Positions 25,146 to 38,799 of a stretch of DNA of 64,000 nt are shown here, piece by piece; position 1 is the stretch's first letter; each line of letters starts with the position of its first letter. The DNA is from Mobula hypostoma (taxonomy: Eukaryota). The position numbers and the translations under genes were made by a program. Location: positions 27,716,001 through 27,780,000 of the forward strand of contig NC_086108.1 of assembly GCF_963921235.1 (NCBI RefSeq), written 5' to 3'. A model generated the notes under the pieces. It worked only from the letters and a program-made list of their open reading frames with translations. It did not search any database and was not told the origin of the DNA.

Positions 25146-26544
25146 TGCCACTTGTAAGATCACAAGCAATTGTAAGTAGACTTCCAGCTAACAGTTTGAC
25201 TTCTGGTCATAAAGGAAAGTCAGTCTTCAATTCCTAAAATATAAATGACAAGCAGCATGTTTAGAACCAAACCCAAGTTAGCAAACAACCAAGAGGCCTA
25301 TTGTCCTGGAATGAATATCCGACACACACCGCAGGAATAAATTCCCGAGAGAAGAGATAAAAGCATTCAGAAGATGTCCTAACATCCTGCTTACAGGAAT
25401 TCCTCATCCAAGACCAGACAGAGACAGCAGGGCATCTGAACTATTTTGAATTTCTCTCGTGGGAATACATGGAAGATGAATGAAATTAATGAAAGACAGT
25501 ATATCACTCCCTATACCAGCAAGACACCTGTTCCATCAAACATATGGAACTCAACTCTAAACTAGTAGAAACAGCCATCTTCCATTCAGCTTCTGAACGC
25601 ATACATAATTTTATATACATACTGTATATATTGAAAGCCTTCCTTGCTCCAGTGTACAGAGACCACAATCTAAAATCTTTCTTTGCGTAACTCTATGTTT
25701 TTAAGATATTGAGTGAAAATAACACATTAGGCAATGAATTGCAGACAAAGTGAGCTAACTCACTGCAAGCAAAGTCAATTCACTCAGAAGCAGATCAGAG
25801 GACACAGACCCTACGAGAATTTTTCCCATAAAGGCAGAGAAAATCTCACATAACGTGCTGTAAGTGAGGTATAAATAATATGGATAAAATCATTTGCAAT
25901 TATTCAGAGCATTGTGGATATCCATCTTGATTCGGATTTTATTTTGATTAATCTGTTGTGCTCTTGCTATGAAGTTTGTTTCTCTTGTTTCTTTGAATGA
26001 AGAGAGGCTTTAAAGCTGGTGGAATGTCCTGTTTACCCTTGGAAAAGGAAATACCTGAAAAATTTATAAAAGAGGTCAACATACTCTTCCTAATGTAAAC
26101 CAAAAGTCTTCCTATTATAGCAAAGATTATCCAAAGGGAAACCAGAATAGATCTCATACTGTCTCAGGTCTACACGGTGACCCAAAATGGCTGGAATATA
26201 CAGCAGAAACTCCAGTTCCCTCATTTTTACCAGTGCCAAGATAAACTTGCCCTTGACGGGCTGTATGTCAGATTGAGAGTTGTTGTACCATCCAAGCTGC
26301 GAGCAAAAGTTTTGATTGAGCCACATGCCGGTCATCTATGGAAATGGAAGTGTTGGCTCAAAGCTTTGTGTGGCGTCCTGCAGTAGATCAGCAGATTGAG
26401 CAACTTGCCATGCTCTGTTTGGGATGCCAACATGTCCAGAAGATGCCAAGAACAGCACCTCTCCATCCCTAGGTCCTGCATCGCCCTGGCAGATGATTCA
26501 TGTGTATTTTGCCAGACCACTCATGGGCATAGACTTATTGTTAG

Positions 26545-27180
26545 TGTAAGGGTTTCTCTTTTATGTTAACTGCTAAGGTTGATAAAATGGTTTCTCCGTA
26601 ATGTTATAATAAAATGGCTTCTCTGTAATGTTAGCTGCTGAGGTAATGGGTTTTCTGGTGGCAGCACGTTTGGGTTATAGGTAGAGATAACGTGACTTTG
26701 GAATTCAGTGCTAATCAATGGAAGAGATGTTATTCTTTCTTGTCTGTGTGAAAGCTATTAGTTTGAGCGGGCTTGGAGGAGAAGGCACGAGGAGGATGAA
26801 GAGAGAAGACGCGACTTGAGGAGTTGGTGGGTTGCCCGACCCTCTGGGCTCTGAGCGGGAGCCCAGAGGTCGACGACGATGGAAGAAGGATCAGCGAGGG
26901 AAAATCCATGAGCTCCAATGATCTGTGCGCTGGACTGTTTAATAAGATTATTGGCACCTTTTATTTCATATTTTATTTCCTATTAGTCTCATAGTCAAAG
27001 TAAGAGTTATAAAATCTAACTTGTCTAACCGCATATTGTGTACTGTTTGTTATTTTCGGGTACTGATCTGACACAGGGGACACATCACGCAGCATCTACC
27101 TAAACGAGAGTTCTAAAGTTGGGCCAAGAAGGTGGGTCATCACCCCCAAGATCATGACACTAGGCAAAGAGAGTGTTACA
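26545..27180. mobile_element. Solo LTR (636 bp) in Gypsy integrase
   Basis: TGTAA...TTACA termini; 4-bp TSD TTAG (26541-26544, 27181-27184). Confidence 0.9.
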
Positions 27181-27524
27181 TTAGTATGAATGCAGCTACA
27201 AAATTGACAGAACTGTTCCCAACAGCCTCGTACACTGCTGATGTGTTGAGAAGCCTTTTCTCAAGCACTGCTGTTCCAGAACACCTAGCCAGTGACGATA
27301 AACAACAGTTTGCTACAGAACAGTTTCAGTCATTCCTGAAAATGAATGGAATCACACATTACATCTGCACCATACCACCTAGCTACAAATGTCTTGATGG
27401 AAAAGTTTGTCCAGAGTCTAAAGAATGCGCTGCGAACAATGTCATCAGAATACACTACACTGACACTGAATCACAAGCTCGCCAATTTCCTCCTTGCGTA
27501 TCACAGTGCAGCACACTCCACAAC

Positions 27525-27670
27525 CATGGCCGCATGGGTTTCATCTGGCTATTCCAGTTTCTTCCTACATTCTGAAGAAGTATCGATTAATAGGCTAATT
27601 GGTCACAGCGATGTAATTGGGTGGTGCACGATTGTTGGGCCAGAATAATCTGTTACCATGCTGTATCTCT
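27525..27670 (+). mobile_element. 5'-truncated SINE in Gypsy integrase
   Basis: catgggtttc...ttcctacattc...taattggtcac...atgctgtatctct body resembles the other tRNA-SINE copies. Confidence 0.65.
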
Positions 27671-28049
27671 GACCAACAACTCACCAGCTGTGCTGTTCCT
27701 GGGTCTTTCCTTGCACACAGTGGGGTAGTGGAGGTATAATTTGTCCATCTGTCTGTCTGTGCTGATCACCCTATCTTTGACTAAGCTGTTCCACCGTGAA
27801 TACGATCTGTTATGAGTCAACATAATGCTTTCAGATCAGGTCATGCACGGCACATACCTCTGCCGCACTGCTGGGTTGCGTTTCTGGGGTACCGGGGCTA
27901 GTGACCCTTGTGCCTGTTATTTTTTTGTGTTCTATCACTGAGCAGCAGTGAACCATCTGATTGGTCTATCAGAGTTCTCTTTGAGAACTAGTTGACTTGA
28001 TCAGCATTTCTGACCTGGCTATTGTTTACGGTTGCACTTAATATACAAA

Positions 28050-28485
28050 AAAAATGCTTGGAAATAGAGCCTTACCAGGAAATGGTTATCACAGGAGAGC
28101 CCAGCTTTAAATGTATGGATGGAAATTACAATGGACATTTACAAAATGGAGAAGATAACAACATCTGTTAATCATAAGCTGGAACAATTGTATTCATACT
28201 GGGAAAAAATGGTTTAACTATATGACACCTCATAGGCCTGATTTTATTCTCACAAGTCAATGAATATGTTGTAAAAAAAAGATCACTCCCTACTCTGTAT
28301 AGTTTTCTTCTTTCGATTGTTCTTTCTTTCCTTTCCTTTCTATAAGTGTATACCTCAGACAAATATTATGTGGAGATTTGTGACAAATATGATTATATGA
28401 TATATATGTACAATATCTGAAATACATCTGATGGCAATGTTTGTTTGATGATGAAATTCAATAAAAAATAAATTACAAAAAAAAA
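28050..28485 (+). mobile_element. L1-like 3' end fragment
   Basis: KWL...WMEITMDIYKMEKIT-type ORF2 C-terminus, AATAAA and poly(A); Gypsy sequence resumes afterwards. Confidence 0.7.
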
Positions 28486-28989
28486 ATTCTTGGATCTCCT
28501 CAAACGCAATCTCAGAAGTAGAGTGCAGGACAAAGAGCAGAGACAAATTGAGGGTTCTTCAAACAGGGAAGTTGGATATTTTACTCCTGGGTAAGCAGTG
28601 TTGGAGAGCAAGAGTCAATAGTTGGAGAAAAATGGTGTCCAGAGCTGTCAGAACCACTTCCTGCAGTCCCACAGTCAACTTCTACAACCACCACAGAGGA
28701 GACCCCAGACATGAGATAGTTCCACAGCCACAAGTCTCTCCTGCTGAGCAAAATGACCACCTCTTGACAGGAAAGATATTATTCACAAGAGTAAGAAATC
28801 CTCCACAATGATTAAATCTTTAGGCCTGAATGGGACAATTTAAATTTACTCTATGTATATATGTTGAGATACACTCTATATTGAGTTGGGGTTTACAGCT
28901 ATGCAGGGAGGAGTGTTGTGTATTTAATATTTTGGTAAAATTTGAGTAATATTGTAAATATGTTGTTTGATTAAGCGTTATTTGTTATT

Positions 28990-31900
28990 TACATACTTTA
29001 TACTTTATTGTCACCAAAAGATGGATACTAGAATGTACAATCATCACAGAGATATTTGATTCCGCGCTTCCCGCTCCCTGGATTACAAATATTAAATATT
29101 AATCATATTAAAATAGTAAAAATTAGTAAAATTAAAAAAATTAAATTATAGATCATAAATAGAAAATAGAAAAATAGAAAGTAAGGCAGTGCAAAAAAAC
29201 AAAGAGGCAGGTCTGGATATTTGGAGGGTATGGTCCAGATCCAGGTCAGGATCTGTTCAGCAGGCTTATCACAGTTGGAAAGAAGCTGTTCCTGTCATAA
29301 GGTGGTGGCTGGGAATGGACCCAAGTGCAAGACACAGACACTGAAGTACTAGGGAGAGGACTAGGATACAGGGTGAGGGCTCAGACATGGACACGAAAAC
29401 TGGGAACCTGGAAAAGGACTGGACAAGAGAGCTAGGAGCCCTAGCTTGGACTCCGAGCTAAAGACTGGACAAGGATCCAGAACCTGGGTCTTGCCTCTGG
29501 CTCAGACACCAGAACTAGGCAAGGACATGACTTGGCTGGCAGGCAGGATGAGGCCGGAGACCAGAGGCTTGAAGCGAGGCCAGAGACCAGAGGCTTGAAG
29601 CGAGGTTCCGCTAGAGGCTTGAGGCGAGGCTCGGCTGGAGGCTTGCGGCGAGGCTCGGGTGGAGGCTTGAGGCAAGGCTCGGGTGGAGGCTTGAGGCAAG
29701 GCTCGGCTGGAGACTTGGGGACTTGAAGCTTGTCCTGGGCAGGGCGTGGATCTCCACCCAATGGAGGTGAGGGACAGGAAGGGACAGAACCAGCCACAGG
29801 GTAATGGCAATCTGGCCTGATTTACTTGATGGTGGCAAGGGACCGGAAAGTACAGAACCCACCGCAGGGGAACAGCAAACTGGCCTGGCTTACCCGACTG
29901 AGGCAAGAGACAGGAAGGGAGCTAGGTTCAGGGTGGCTCCAAGACAAGACTTCAGGTGAGACGAGGCGAGAGTTACCGGCAAGACAAGGCAAGGCTTCAG
30001 GCAGTGCAGGGTGAGACAAGAACTTCAGGCGAGGCGAGAGTTACCGGCAAGACAAGGCAAGGCAAGGTTTCAGGCGAGGAAACAGAAGGCAGGGGAAGGG
30101 ATACAAAGAGCAAGGACAAGAACAATCCAACAGCCACGCCCTGGTCTTTGGAGGTATTTATGCAGCCAGCTCCAATGAGAATCAGCTGCCTCAATTAGTG
30201 CTCAACAGGAACAGAAACAGGGTAGACAGGATAACCTGGAGCGAGGGTCAATGGACTGGACCGTGAACCGGAATGCAAACTTCACGGACCGGATCATGAT
30301 GGTTCCCAAATCTGCCCATATGAGTCTTCAAGCTCCTGAGCCTTCTTCCGGAGGGAAGAGGGACAAAAAGTGTGTTGGCTGGGTGGGTCGTGTCCTTGAT
30401 TATCCTGGCAGCACTGCTCCAACAGCGTGCGGTGTAAAGTGAGTCCAAGGACAGGAGATTGGTTTGTGTGATGCGCTGCGCCATGTTCACGATCTTCTGT
30501 GGTTCTTTCGGTCTTGGACAGGACAACTTCCATAGCAGGTTGTGATGCACCCTAGAAGAATGCTTTCTACGGTGTATCTGTAAAAATTAGTGAGGGTTTT
30601 AGGGGACAGGCCACATTTCTTTAGTTTTCTCAGGAAGTAAAGGCACTGGTGGGCCTTCTTGGCAGTGAACTCTGCTTGGTTGGAACAAGTCAGGTCATTT
30701 GTGATATTGACCCCGAGGAGCTGAAAGATTTTGACCTGTTCCATTTGTGCACCACCGATGTAAATTGGGTTGTGCGGTCCGCTACTCCATCTGAAGTCAA
30801 CAACCAATTCCTTCGTCTTGCTGACGTTGAGGGATAGGTTATTGTCTTCGCACCATGCCATCAGGTTCTTAATTTCCTCTCTGTCCTCAAACTCATCATT
30901 ACCCGAGATATGGCCTACAATTGTTGTGTCATCAGCAAACTTATATATTGAGTTTGGATGGAAACAAGGCTACACAATCATGGGTGTACAGTGCAGGGGG
31001 CTGAGTACACAGCCTTGTGGGGCACCGGTGCTCAGAGTGATTGTAGAGGAGAGCTTGTTCCCTATTTTTAAAGCCTGGGTCCTGTCTGTGAGGAAGTTGA
31101 AGATCCAGCTACAGATCTGAGTGCTAAGTCCCAGGTTCCGGAGCTTAGGAATCAGTTTATTTGGAATGATGGTATTAAATGCTGAGCTGTAGTCAATGAA
31201 AAGGAGCCTTACATATGCGTCGTTATTCTCCAGGTGTTCTAAGGAGGAATGTAGGGCTGGAGAGATGGCATCTGCCGTTGACCTGTTGCTCCAGTAGGCG
31301 AATTGCAAGGTATCGAAGTTGACCAGTAGGCTGTGGCTGATGTGTGCCCTAACCAATCTCTCGAAGCACTTCATAGCAATTGATGTCAGAGCCACAGTTC
31401 GATAGTCATTCAGGCATGCCACCTTGCTCTTCTTCGGCACTTGGATTATCGTTGCCTTCTTAAAACACGAGGGGATCTTAGACTGAAGCAAGGAGCAGTT
31501 GAAGGTATCAGCAAACATTCCAGCTAGTTCGCTTGCACAGGCCCGGAGAACCGGTCCTGGGACGCCACCTGGGCCCGTCGCCTTCCTTGGATTTATCTTC
31601 AGGAAGGCCCTTCTAATGTCCTCCTCGGTGACGATGAATCTCGATGCCATCAGGTTCGGTTCATCCGGAGGGAGCGGGACACTCCTCTTCTGTTCGAATC
31701 TTGCGTAGAATACGTTAAGTTCATCAGGAAGAGAAGTGCCACAGTTATTGAAATTCCCAGCCTTTTCTTTGCACCCAGTGATCTCATTTAGACCCTGCCA
31801 TAGTCTACTGGCATCCCTCTGGTTAGCCTCAGCTTCCAACTTGGCTCGATATTGCCTTTTGACACCCTTAATGGCTTTCCGGAGTTCACGGTTGGAATCC

Positions 31901-33105
31901 GTGTAGCGACTGGTATCCCCGGACCTAAAAGCTGCAGCTCTAGCCTTTAAAAGGGGCTTGACCTCATAATTCATCCAAGGTTTCTGGTTAAGGAATACCC
32001 GGATCATCTTGCGAGACACACAGTCCTCCATGCATTTCCAAATAAAGTTCCTGACAGCTGAGGCATACTCATCGAGGTTAACTGCCGAGTCCTTGAATAC
32101 CAACCAGTCCACCGATTCAAAGCAGTCACGGAGCACCTCATCCGTTTCCTCCGTCCAACGCGACATGACTTTTGACACCGTGACCTCTCGCTTCAGTTTC
32201 TGTTTGTAAGCTGGGAGGAGGAGTACGGCCTGATGGTCCGATTTTCCAAAGTGAGGTCGTGGGACGGAACAGTAGGCATCCTTGACTGCTGTGTAACAGT
32301 AGTCAAGTATATTCAGGCATATGGGTCAGGAGACATGCTGGTATAACTTTGGCAGTGCCTTTCTGAGGTTGGCCTGGTTTAAGTCCCCAGCTGTAATGAG
32401 CAAAGCCGCCGGATACCTGGTCTCAAGTTCACTGATGTTGGCGTACAGTATGTTCAGAGCACACTCCACGTCCGCCTGGGGGGGAATGTAGACCGCTGTC
32501 AGTATGACCGAGGTGAATTCCCATGGCAGATGGTAGGGACGACACTTCACCGACAGGTTTTCCAGGTCCGGGCTGCAGGAGCTTGTCAGTGCCATTGTGT
32601 CCGAGCACCACACAGTGTTGATCAGTAGGTAGACACCATCTCCCCTCGTCTTGCCCAAAGAGGCCATGCGGTCCATCCGATGGATCGAAAATCCCTCCGG
32701 TCGGATGGCACAGTCAGGGGTGGCAGAGGAGAGCCAGGTCTCGGTGAAACAGAACACACAGCAGTTCTGCATCTCCCTGCAGTAGGTGAGTCTCCCTTTA
32801 AGATCATCCACCTTGTTCTCTATGGCTTGCACATTAGCTAGTAGGATGGTAGGCATAGGGACTGCTCTGGAGAGATGCTGGTCGGAATGGGCCGTGTCTC
32901 CAAGCGCTCAGGCACGGTAACAGACCGCAGGTCTCCGGGAACATGGTGGGCCTCGGACCAGGCCTCGTTGGTGGGGTCCAGGTGCAGTCCGGAGTTTAAG
33001 GAGCAATTCTGGCGCAGTGGTCCCCAGCTGGGTCAGTAGCTTTGCCAGGATGTTGTTGATCTTGGTCTTGCTAGATTGGAGGTTTAGAAGGGTTTAGAAG
33101 GGTTT
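28990..33105 (-). mobile_element. Near full-length Rex1/Babar LINE inserted in Gypsy LTR
   Basis: ORFs 32326-32856 (LANVQ, CFTETWL), 30970-32178 (YRTVALTS, FIDYSSAFNT, GAPQGCVLSP) and 30487-30861; tandem tail near 28990. Confidence 0.93.
29293..30301 (-). mobile_element. Solo LTR of the same family as 14612-17353
   Basis: Reverse complement of those LTRs; 5-bp TSD GTTCC (29288-29292, 30302-30306); splits the Rex1 RFGNSFF motif. Confidence 0.92.
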
Positions 33106-33334
33106 AACATTCACTACATGTTACATGTATGAAGTATGTGAATAGTATACATTATTACGCCACCTCCTCATATGTGCGCGCCTCACTAAAAGCAAAACTA
33201 AGAGTAGGTAAAAACCTCCTAACTTCTGTGTTTTTCTTTTGAATAGTTTCAGGAGTTACAAGACATCAGACCCACGACACATGCATACCTCATTTGATTT
33301 AGCGATATTAGTCTTATTCAGGGTGTCAATGTAA

Positions 33335-33462
33335 GGATGTCAAAGGTTACGGGGAGAAGGCAGAAGAATGGGGTTAAGGGAGATAATAAATCAGCCACAA
33401 TAGTATGGTGGAGACTCAAGGGGCTGAATGGACTAATTCTGCTCTGATGTCTAGTCTTATGA
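33335..33462 (+). mobile_element. CR1 3' tail fragment
   Basis: Matches 38175-38310 (tcaaaggttacggggagaaggc...taattctgct). Confidence 0.8.
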
Positions 33463-33789
33463 TCATTGATACTTCTGAAAATGGTGCATTTGGATACGAG
33501 GGTTCACCTTGATTGGTTATTATCAGTCACATGCAAAGTGAGCTCCTCTGCATCTGAATGTGAACAGCAGAATGCTTCTGGTAGCCTTTGAACGACATTG
33601 TAAAGTTCAAACCTGCGATACATGGTTTAGAGAACCTTCAAGAGCAAAGGATTGCAATGAGCTAGAAAGGTTTAAATGTGGAAATGGTTAAGTAAGTGAC
33701 AATAGTTGAAATTAACAGTGTAAACATCAAAGCGCTCACAGAGTATAATGAAATCAGCAGCAAACTAATTATCCTGCGATTTTCCCACG

Positions 33790-34075
33790 CTCAGGATGTT
33801 TCAAAGCACTTCATAATTAAAATATTGTATTTGACATACAGTCCTATTGTATCTTGTAACCACTGAAACCATCTTCAGGGAAGTAAAGTCCCACGTTTAG
33901 CAAAATATGATTTTGATGATGCTGATTACATATACTGGACCAATCCAGTGATATTTTATGACTTCTCAACTGATTAAGAATTTTATTTTAACATCTCATT
34001 CAGTTAATGGGATCTTTGGCAGTGCCACAATCTTCACTAAAGGGCTGGTGTAGCAGTTTGGACTATAGACTCAAA
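33790..34075 (-). mobile_element. Ancient DeuSINE-like relic
   Basis: ctcaggatgtttcaaagcacttca...tttaacatctcatt..., resembling my recollection of the Deu-domain SINE consensus; highly diverged. Confidence 0.5.
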
Positions 34076-34699
34076 TTCCTTGCTGGAAGTTAAACATGAA
34101 ACTTTTTGATTTAATGTGTGCAAGGTTAATAAAAATTCAGAAGAAATGAAGACAAATAAAGAATGAGGACAATTACCAAGGAGACCAAATTGTTTTATGC
34201 TTCCCTGGAGACAAAGCAAGCATATTGTACAAGAAAACTGAGCTGTTGACAGCCAACCGCTGAGTTTGATTAGATGCTTGCACCACAGAGGTGTTAGTTA
34301 CACTGCACCCACACAGGCAGTTGATTGAATACACACTGCTAACTTAGCCTTGCCTGTAATTTTGGATACTTAATGTAATTGCTTATAAAAGTAGGACCCA
34401 ATCATGATTAATATTGTGCAATAAATCTGAAGTACCATTGAACAAGTGATGATTTAAACTGAGAGAATTAATTTTTAAATGTCAGGTGACTTCAGTTTAG
34501 CCACCCACAGTTGAGTTTGTGGTGGTATTAATTAATTCATAAAATTAGGTTAATGCTTCTCTCGTTATATCCCAATTATATAAATCAAGTAGGAATTAAG
34601 CTGCACTTTAGCTTAATGTTAGTGATTCTTGGACTAGCTTTTATGTCTAGGATTTAAATTACAAGTCCTTGAACAGCTCAAAGACATTTATTTATTTAT

Positions 34700-34930
34700 T
34701 ACCTATCGAGATAGGTTGTAGAATAGGCCCTTCCAACCCTTCGAGCTGAGCCGCCCAGCAAATCCTGATTTAACCCTAACCTAATCACTGGACAATTTAC
34801 AATAATCAACTGACCTACCAGTCGGTATGCCTTTGGACTGTGGGAGGAAACCAGAGCAGCCAGAGGAAACCTAAATGGTCACAGGGAGAAAAATCAAACT
34901 CCTTGCAGACAGCGGGGTGATGGAATTTGA
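34700..34930 (-). mobile_element. tRNA-derived SINE
   Basis: ggacaatttacaat...ctttggactgtgggaggaaacc...ggtcacagggaga, the reverse of the 20900 copy. Confidence 0.8.
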
Positions 34931-34994
34931 ATATCAGGCATAAAAGGGTAAGTTTGAATCCAACCCTCCATTGAATGAATGTTGTTTTTCCTTT

Positions 34995-35167
34995 CCACAT
35001 CAGGCAGCAACCTTCCCATTTGTTTAGCATTTTTGTCTGTTTTTTTATGAGGTCAAGTTAGTAGCTCGCTGCCCAACCTACAAGACTGGAAAGCATACAA
35101 GGAGCCAGCCGGATTCGACCCCAGGACCACTTACCTCGGTGCGGATGCCAGTACACCACTGGCTGGC
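34995..35167 (-). mobile_element. Short tRNA-headed SINE of a different family
   Basis: Minus strand A box TGGTGTACTGG and B box GGTCGAATCC followed by a non-tRNA body. Confidence 0.65.
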
Positions 35168-35289
35168 TGGCTTAATGATTAGAGAGAAGAAATGGTTCAC
35201 AAACCTAAGTCTTTGGAATTCCTAGTAGATTATTTTGAACATGGTAATATTGTGATTGGACAGAGTAAAGTCTGATCCATAGGAATTAT

Positions 35290-38200
35290 TCATTTGGCAG
35301 GTGGGTGGGAACCGGAGTGATGGGACGCAGGAGAGGACAGATGGTAACAAAGTAAAGATAGCGTGCAGTCAGACTGTCAGGAAGGGCAGGCAGGTGATGG
35401 GACATAGTCGCAGCCAACAGGGTGAATATCAGTACATTAGCAATGCAAAATCAAAAAGGGTAGCAAGTACGGTACTCAAGGTGTTGTATCTCAATGCGCA
35501 GAGTATAAGAAATAAAGTGGATGATCTTGTTGCACTATTACAGATTGGCAGGTATGATGTTGTGGCCATCACTGAATTGTGTCTGAAGGATGGTTATAGT
35601 TGGAAATTGAATGTCAAGGTTATATGTTGTATCAGAGGGATGGGAAGGTAGGCAGAAGAGGAGCCATGGTTCTACTGGTAAAGAATGGCATCAAATCAGT
35701 AGAAAAATGTGACATAGGATCAGAAGATGTTGAATCCTTGTGTGTTGAGTTAAGAAACTGCACGGGTTAAAATAACCTAATGGCAGTTATATACAGGCCT
35801 CCCAAGAGTGGCTAGGAGGTGAACCACAGATTACAACAGGAAATAGAAAAGGCGTGTCAAAAGGGCAATGTTGTGGTAGTCATGGAAGATTTTAACATGT
35901 ATGTTGATTGGAAAAATCAGGTTGGTAATGGATCTCATGACAGTGAGTTTGTTGAATGCCTAAGAGATGGCTTTTTAGAGCAGTTTGTCATTGAACCTAC
36001 CAGGGGATCAGCTATACTGGACTGGATGTTATGTAATGAACTGGAGGTGATTAGGGAGCTTAAGGTAAAAGAACACTTAGGAACCAGTGATCACAATTTG
36101 CTTGAGATCAACTTGAAATATGATAGGGAGAAATAAAGTCTGATGTAACAGTATTTCAGTTGAGTAAGTGAAATTACAGTGGTATGAGGGGGGAGTTGGC
36201 CAAAGTAAATTGGAAGGAGCTGCTGGCAGGGATGTCAGCAGAGCAGCAATGGTGTGTGTTCCTGGGAAAAATGAGGAAGGTACAGGACATATGTATTCCA
36301 AAAGTGAAGAAATACTCAAATAGCAAATAGGACATCCGTGGCTAACAAGGGAAGTCAAAGCTAATGTAAAATCAAAAGAGAGGGCATACAACAAAGCAAA
36401 AATTATTGGGAAGATAGAGAATTGGGAAGTTTTTAAAAACCTACAGAGGGCAACTAAAAGAATCATTAGAAGAGCAAAGCAAGCTAGCAAATAATATCAA
36501 AGAGGACAGTAAGAGCTTTTTCAAGTATGTAAAAATAAAAGAGAGATGAAAGTGGATATAAGACCACTAGAAAATGAGACCGGAGAAATAATAACAGGGG
36601 ACAAGGAGATGGCAGATGAACTAAATTAGTATTTTGCATCAGTCTTCACTGTGGAAGTCACTAGCAGTGTGCCAGATGTTGTAGTGTGTGAAGGAAGAGA
36701 AGTGGGTGTAGTTACTATTACAGGGGAGAAGGCGTTCAAAAAGCTGAGAGGTCTAAAAGTGTATGTCACCTGGACAAAATGAACTGCATCCTAGGGTTCC
36801 AAAAGAGGTAGCATTAGAGACTGTGACGGCATTAGAAATGATCTTTTAAAAATCATTGGACCCTGGCATGGTGCTAGAGGGCTGGAAAATTGCAAATGTC
36901 ACTTCACTCTTTAAGAAAGGAGGAAGGCAGCAGAAAGGAAAATTATAGGCCAGTTAGCCTGACCTCAGTGGTTGGGAAGATGTTAGAGTCAATTGTTAAG
37001 GATGAGGTGATGGAGTACTTGGTGACACAGGACAAGATAGGACAAAGTCAGCATGATTTCCTGAAGGAAAAATCCTGCCTGATGAAATTGTTGGAATTCT
37101 TTGAGGAGATTATAGGTGGGATAGATACAGGGGATGCAGTGGATGTTGTATATTTGGACTTCCAGAAGGCCTTTGACAAGGTGCCACATATGAGACTGCT
37201 TATCAAGTTAAGAGCCCATGGTATTACAGGAAAGTTAGAGCATTGGCTGATTAGAAGAAGACTGTGAGTGGGAATACAAGGACCCTTGTCTGGTTGGCTG
37301 CCAGTGACTAGTGGTGTTCCGCAGGGGTCGGTTTTGGGTCCACTTCTTTTTATGTTGTATATAAAATATTTAGATGATGAAATAGATGGCTTTGTTGCCA
37401 AGTTGGCAGATGGTACGAAGATTGGTGGAGGGGCAGGTAATGCCGAGGAAACAGGTAGGATGCAGAAGGACTTAGACAGATTAGGAGAATAGGCAAGGAA
37501 ATGGCAAGTGAAATATAATGTTGGAAAATGCATGGTCATGCACTTTAGAAGTAGAAATAAATGTACAGACTATTTTCTAAACAGGGAGAAAATCCAAAAA
37601 TTTGAGATGCCAAGGCACTTGGGAGACCTTGTGCAGAACACCCTAATGGTTAACTTGCAGATAGAGTCAGTGAAGGCAAATGCCAAGTCCAGAATACAAG
37701 AGCAGGGATGTGTTGCTGAGGCTTTATAAGGCACTGGTAAGGCCTCACCTTGATATTGTGTACAGTTTTGGGCTCCTCTTCTTAGAAGAGATGTGCAGGC
37801 ATTGGAGAGGGTCCAGAAGAGGTTCACAAGGATGATTCCAGGAATGAAAGTGTTATCATACGAGGCATGTTTGATGGCTCTGGGTCTGTACTCACTGGAA
37901 TTTAGAAGGATGACGGGGGGATCTCATTGAAACCTTTCGAATGTTGGAAGGCCTGGGCAGAGTAGATATGGAAAGGATGTTTCCCATGGTGGGAGAGTCC
38001 AGGACAAGAGGGCACAGCCTCAGGAAAGAGGGGCATCCATTCAAAACAGAGATGCGGAGAAATTATTTTAGCCAGAGGGTGGTGAATTTGTAGAATTTGT
38101 TGCAGGTGCAGCTGTAGAAGCCAGGTTGTTGGGTGTATTTAAGGCAGAGATTGAAGGGTTCTTGATTGGACATGGCATCAAAGGTTACGGGGAGAAGGCC

Positions 38201-38312
38201 CGAAAATGGGGTTGAGGAACAGAAAAAAAGGATCAGCCATGATTTAATAGCGGAGCAGATTCCATGGGCCAAATGGCCTAATTCTGCTGCTATATTGTCT
38301 TATGATCTCATG
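35290..38312 (+). mobile_element. CR1 LINE ORF2 (endonuclease and RT) with 3' tail, disrupted
   Basis: YLNAQSIRNK, DVVAITE, EPTRGSAILD, SDHN, NYRPVSLTS, YLDFQKAFDKVPH, GVPQGSVLGP, KLADGTK. Confidence 0.95.
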
Positions 38313-38799
38313 GACATTCCGAAATACAGGTAGGTGTGGTGGATGAGGGAAATCCAGAATCAATTTATAAGGCAGTGGGCACACGTATACTTTTGTAGAA
38401 TTAAACGTCCGGAGTAGACCTTGGAGTTGTTAAAAAGGAAACTGCTGCAATATTGGTTGGCATTACAATGTCATGAATCATGGGGGAAAATACCATCATT
38501 TCAAGATTTAGGCTGACTCGCAGGCTTGACTGCAATGTGTGAAGAAGGTGTTTGTGATGCTGAGAGTTACGAAGTAACAAAGCAGGAGAGCAGAGGCAGA
38601 GTAACCAGGTCTTAAAGTACATTTCTGTGAGGCTGAGGACAGGAGAGCAGTCTTGATGTGCAGCTAAGTTTGGAGTTCAAGTTTAAGAGGATTCCAGAGC
38701 TGCCCTTCAGCATCAGTAACCATGATACAGAGTGCAGAATGATATGTTCTTGATATCAAATCCATCCATGAATTGGGAAACAACTCTGAGATGCAGCTC

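Larger units (their letters stand above)
26080..33270 (+). mobile_element. Second Gypsy element 3' part (integrase to 3' LTR), multiply interrupted
   Basis: RVVVPSKLRAKVLIEPHAGHL zinc-finger region, VPEHLASDDKQQF, SAPYHLATN, FLLAYHSAAHSTT, RVRNPP; PPT agggaggag 28905-28913, LTR starts TGTTGTG 28914 and appears to resume ~33110 (right end uncertain). Confidence 0.8.

Noticed and set aside
34995..35167. tRNA gene
   Set aside because: A/B boxes are present, but the anticodon arm is incomplete and a SINE body follows.
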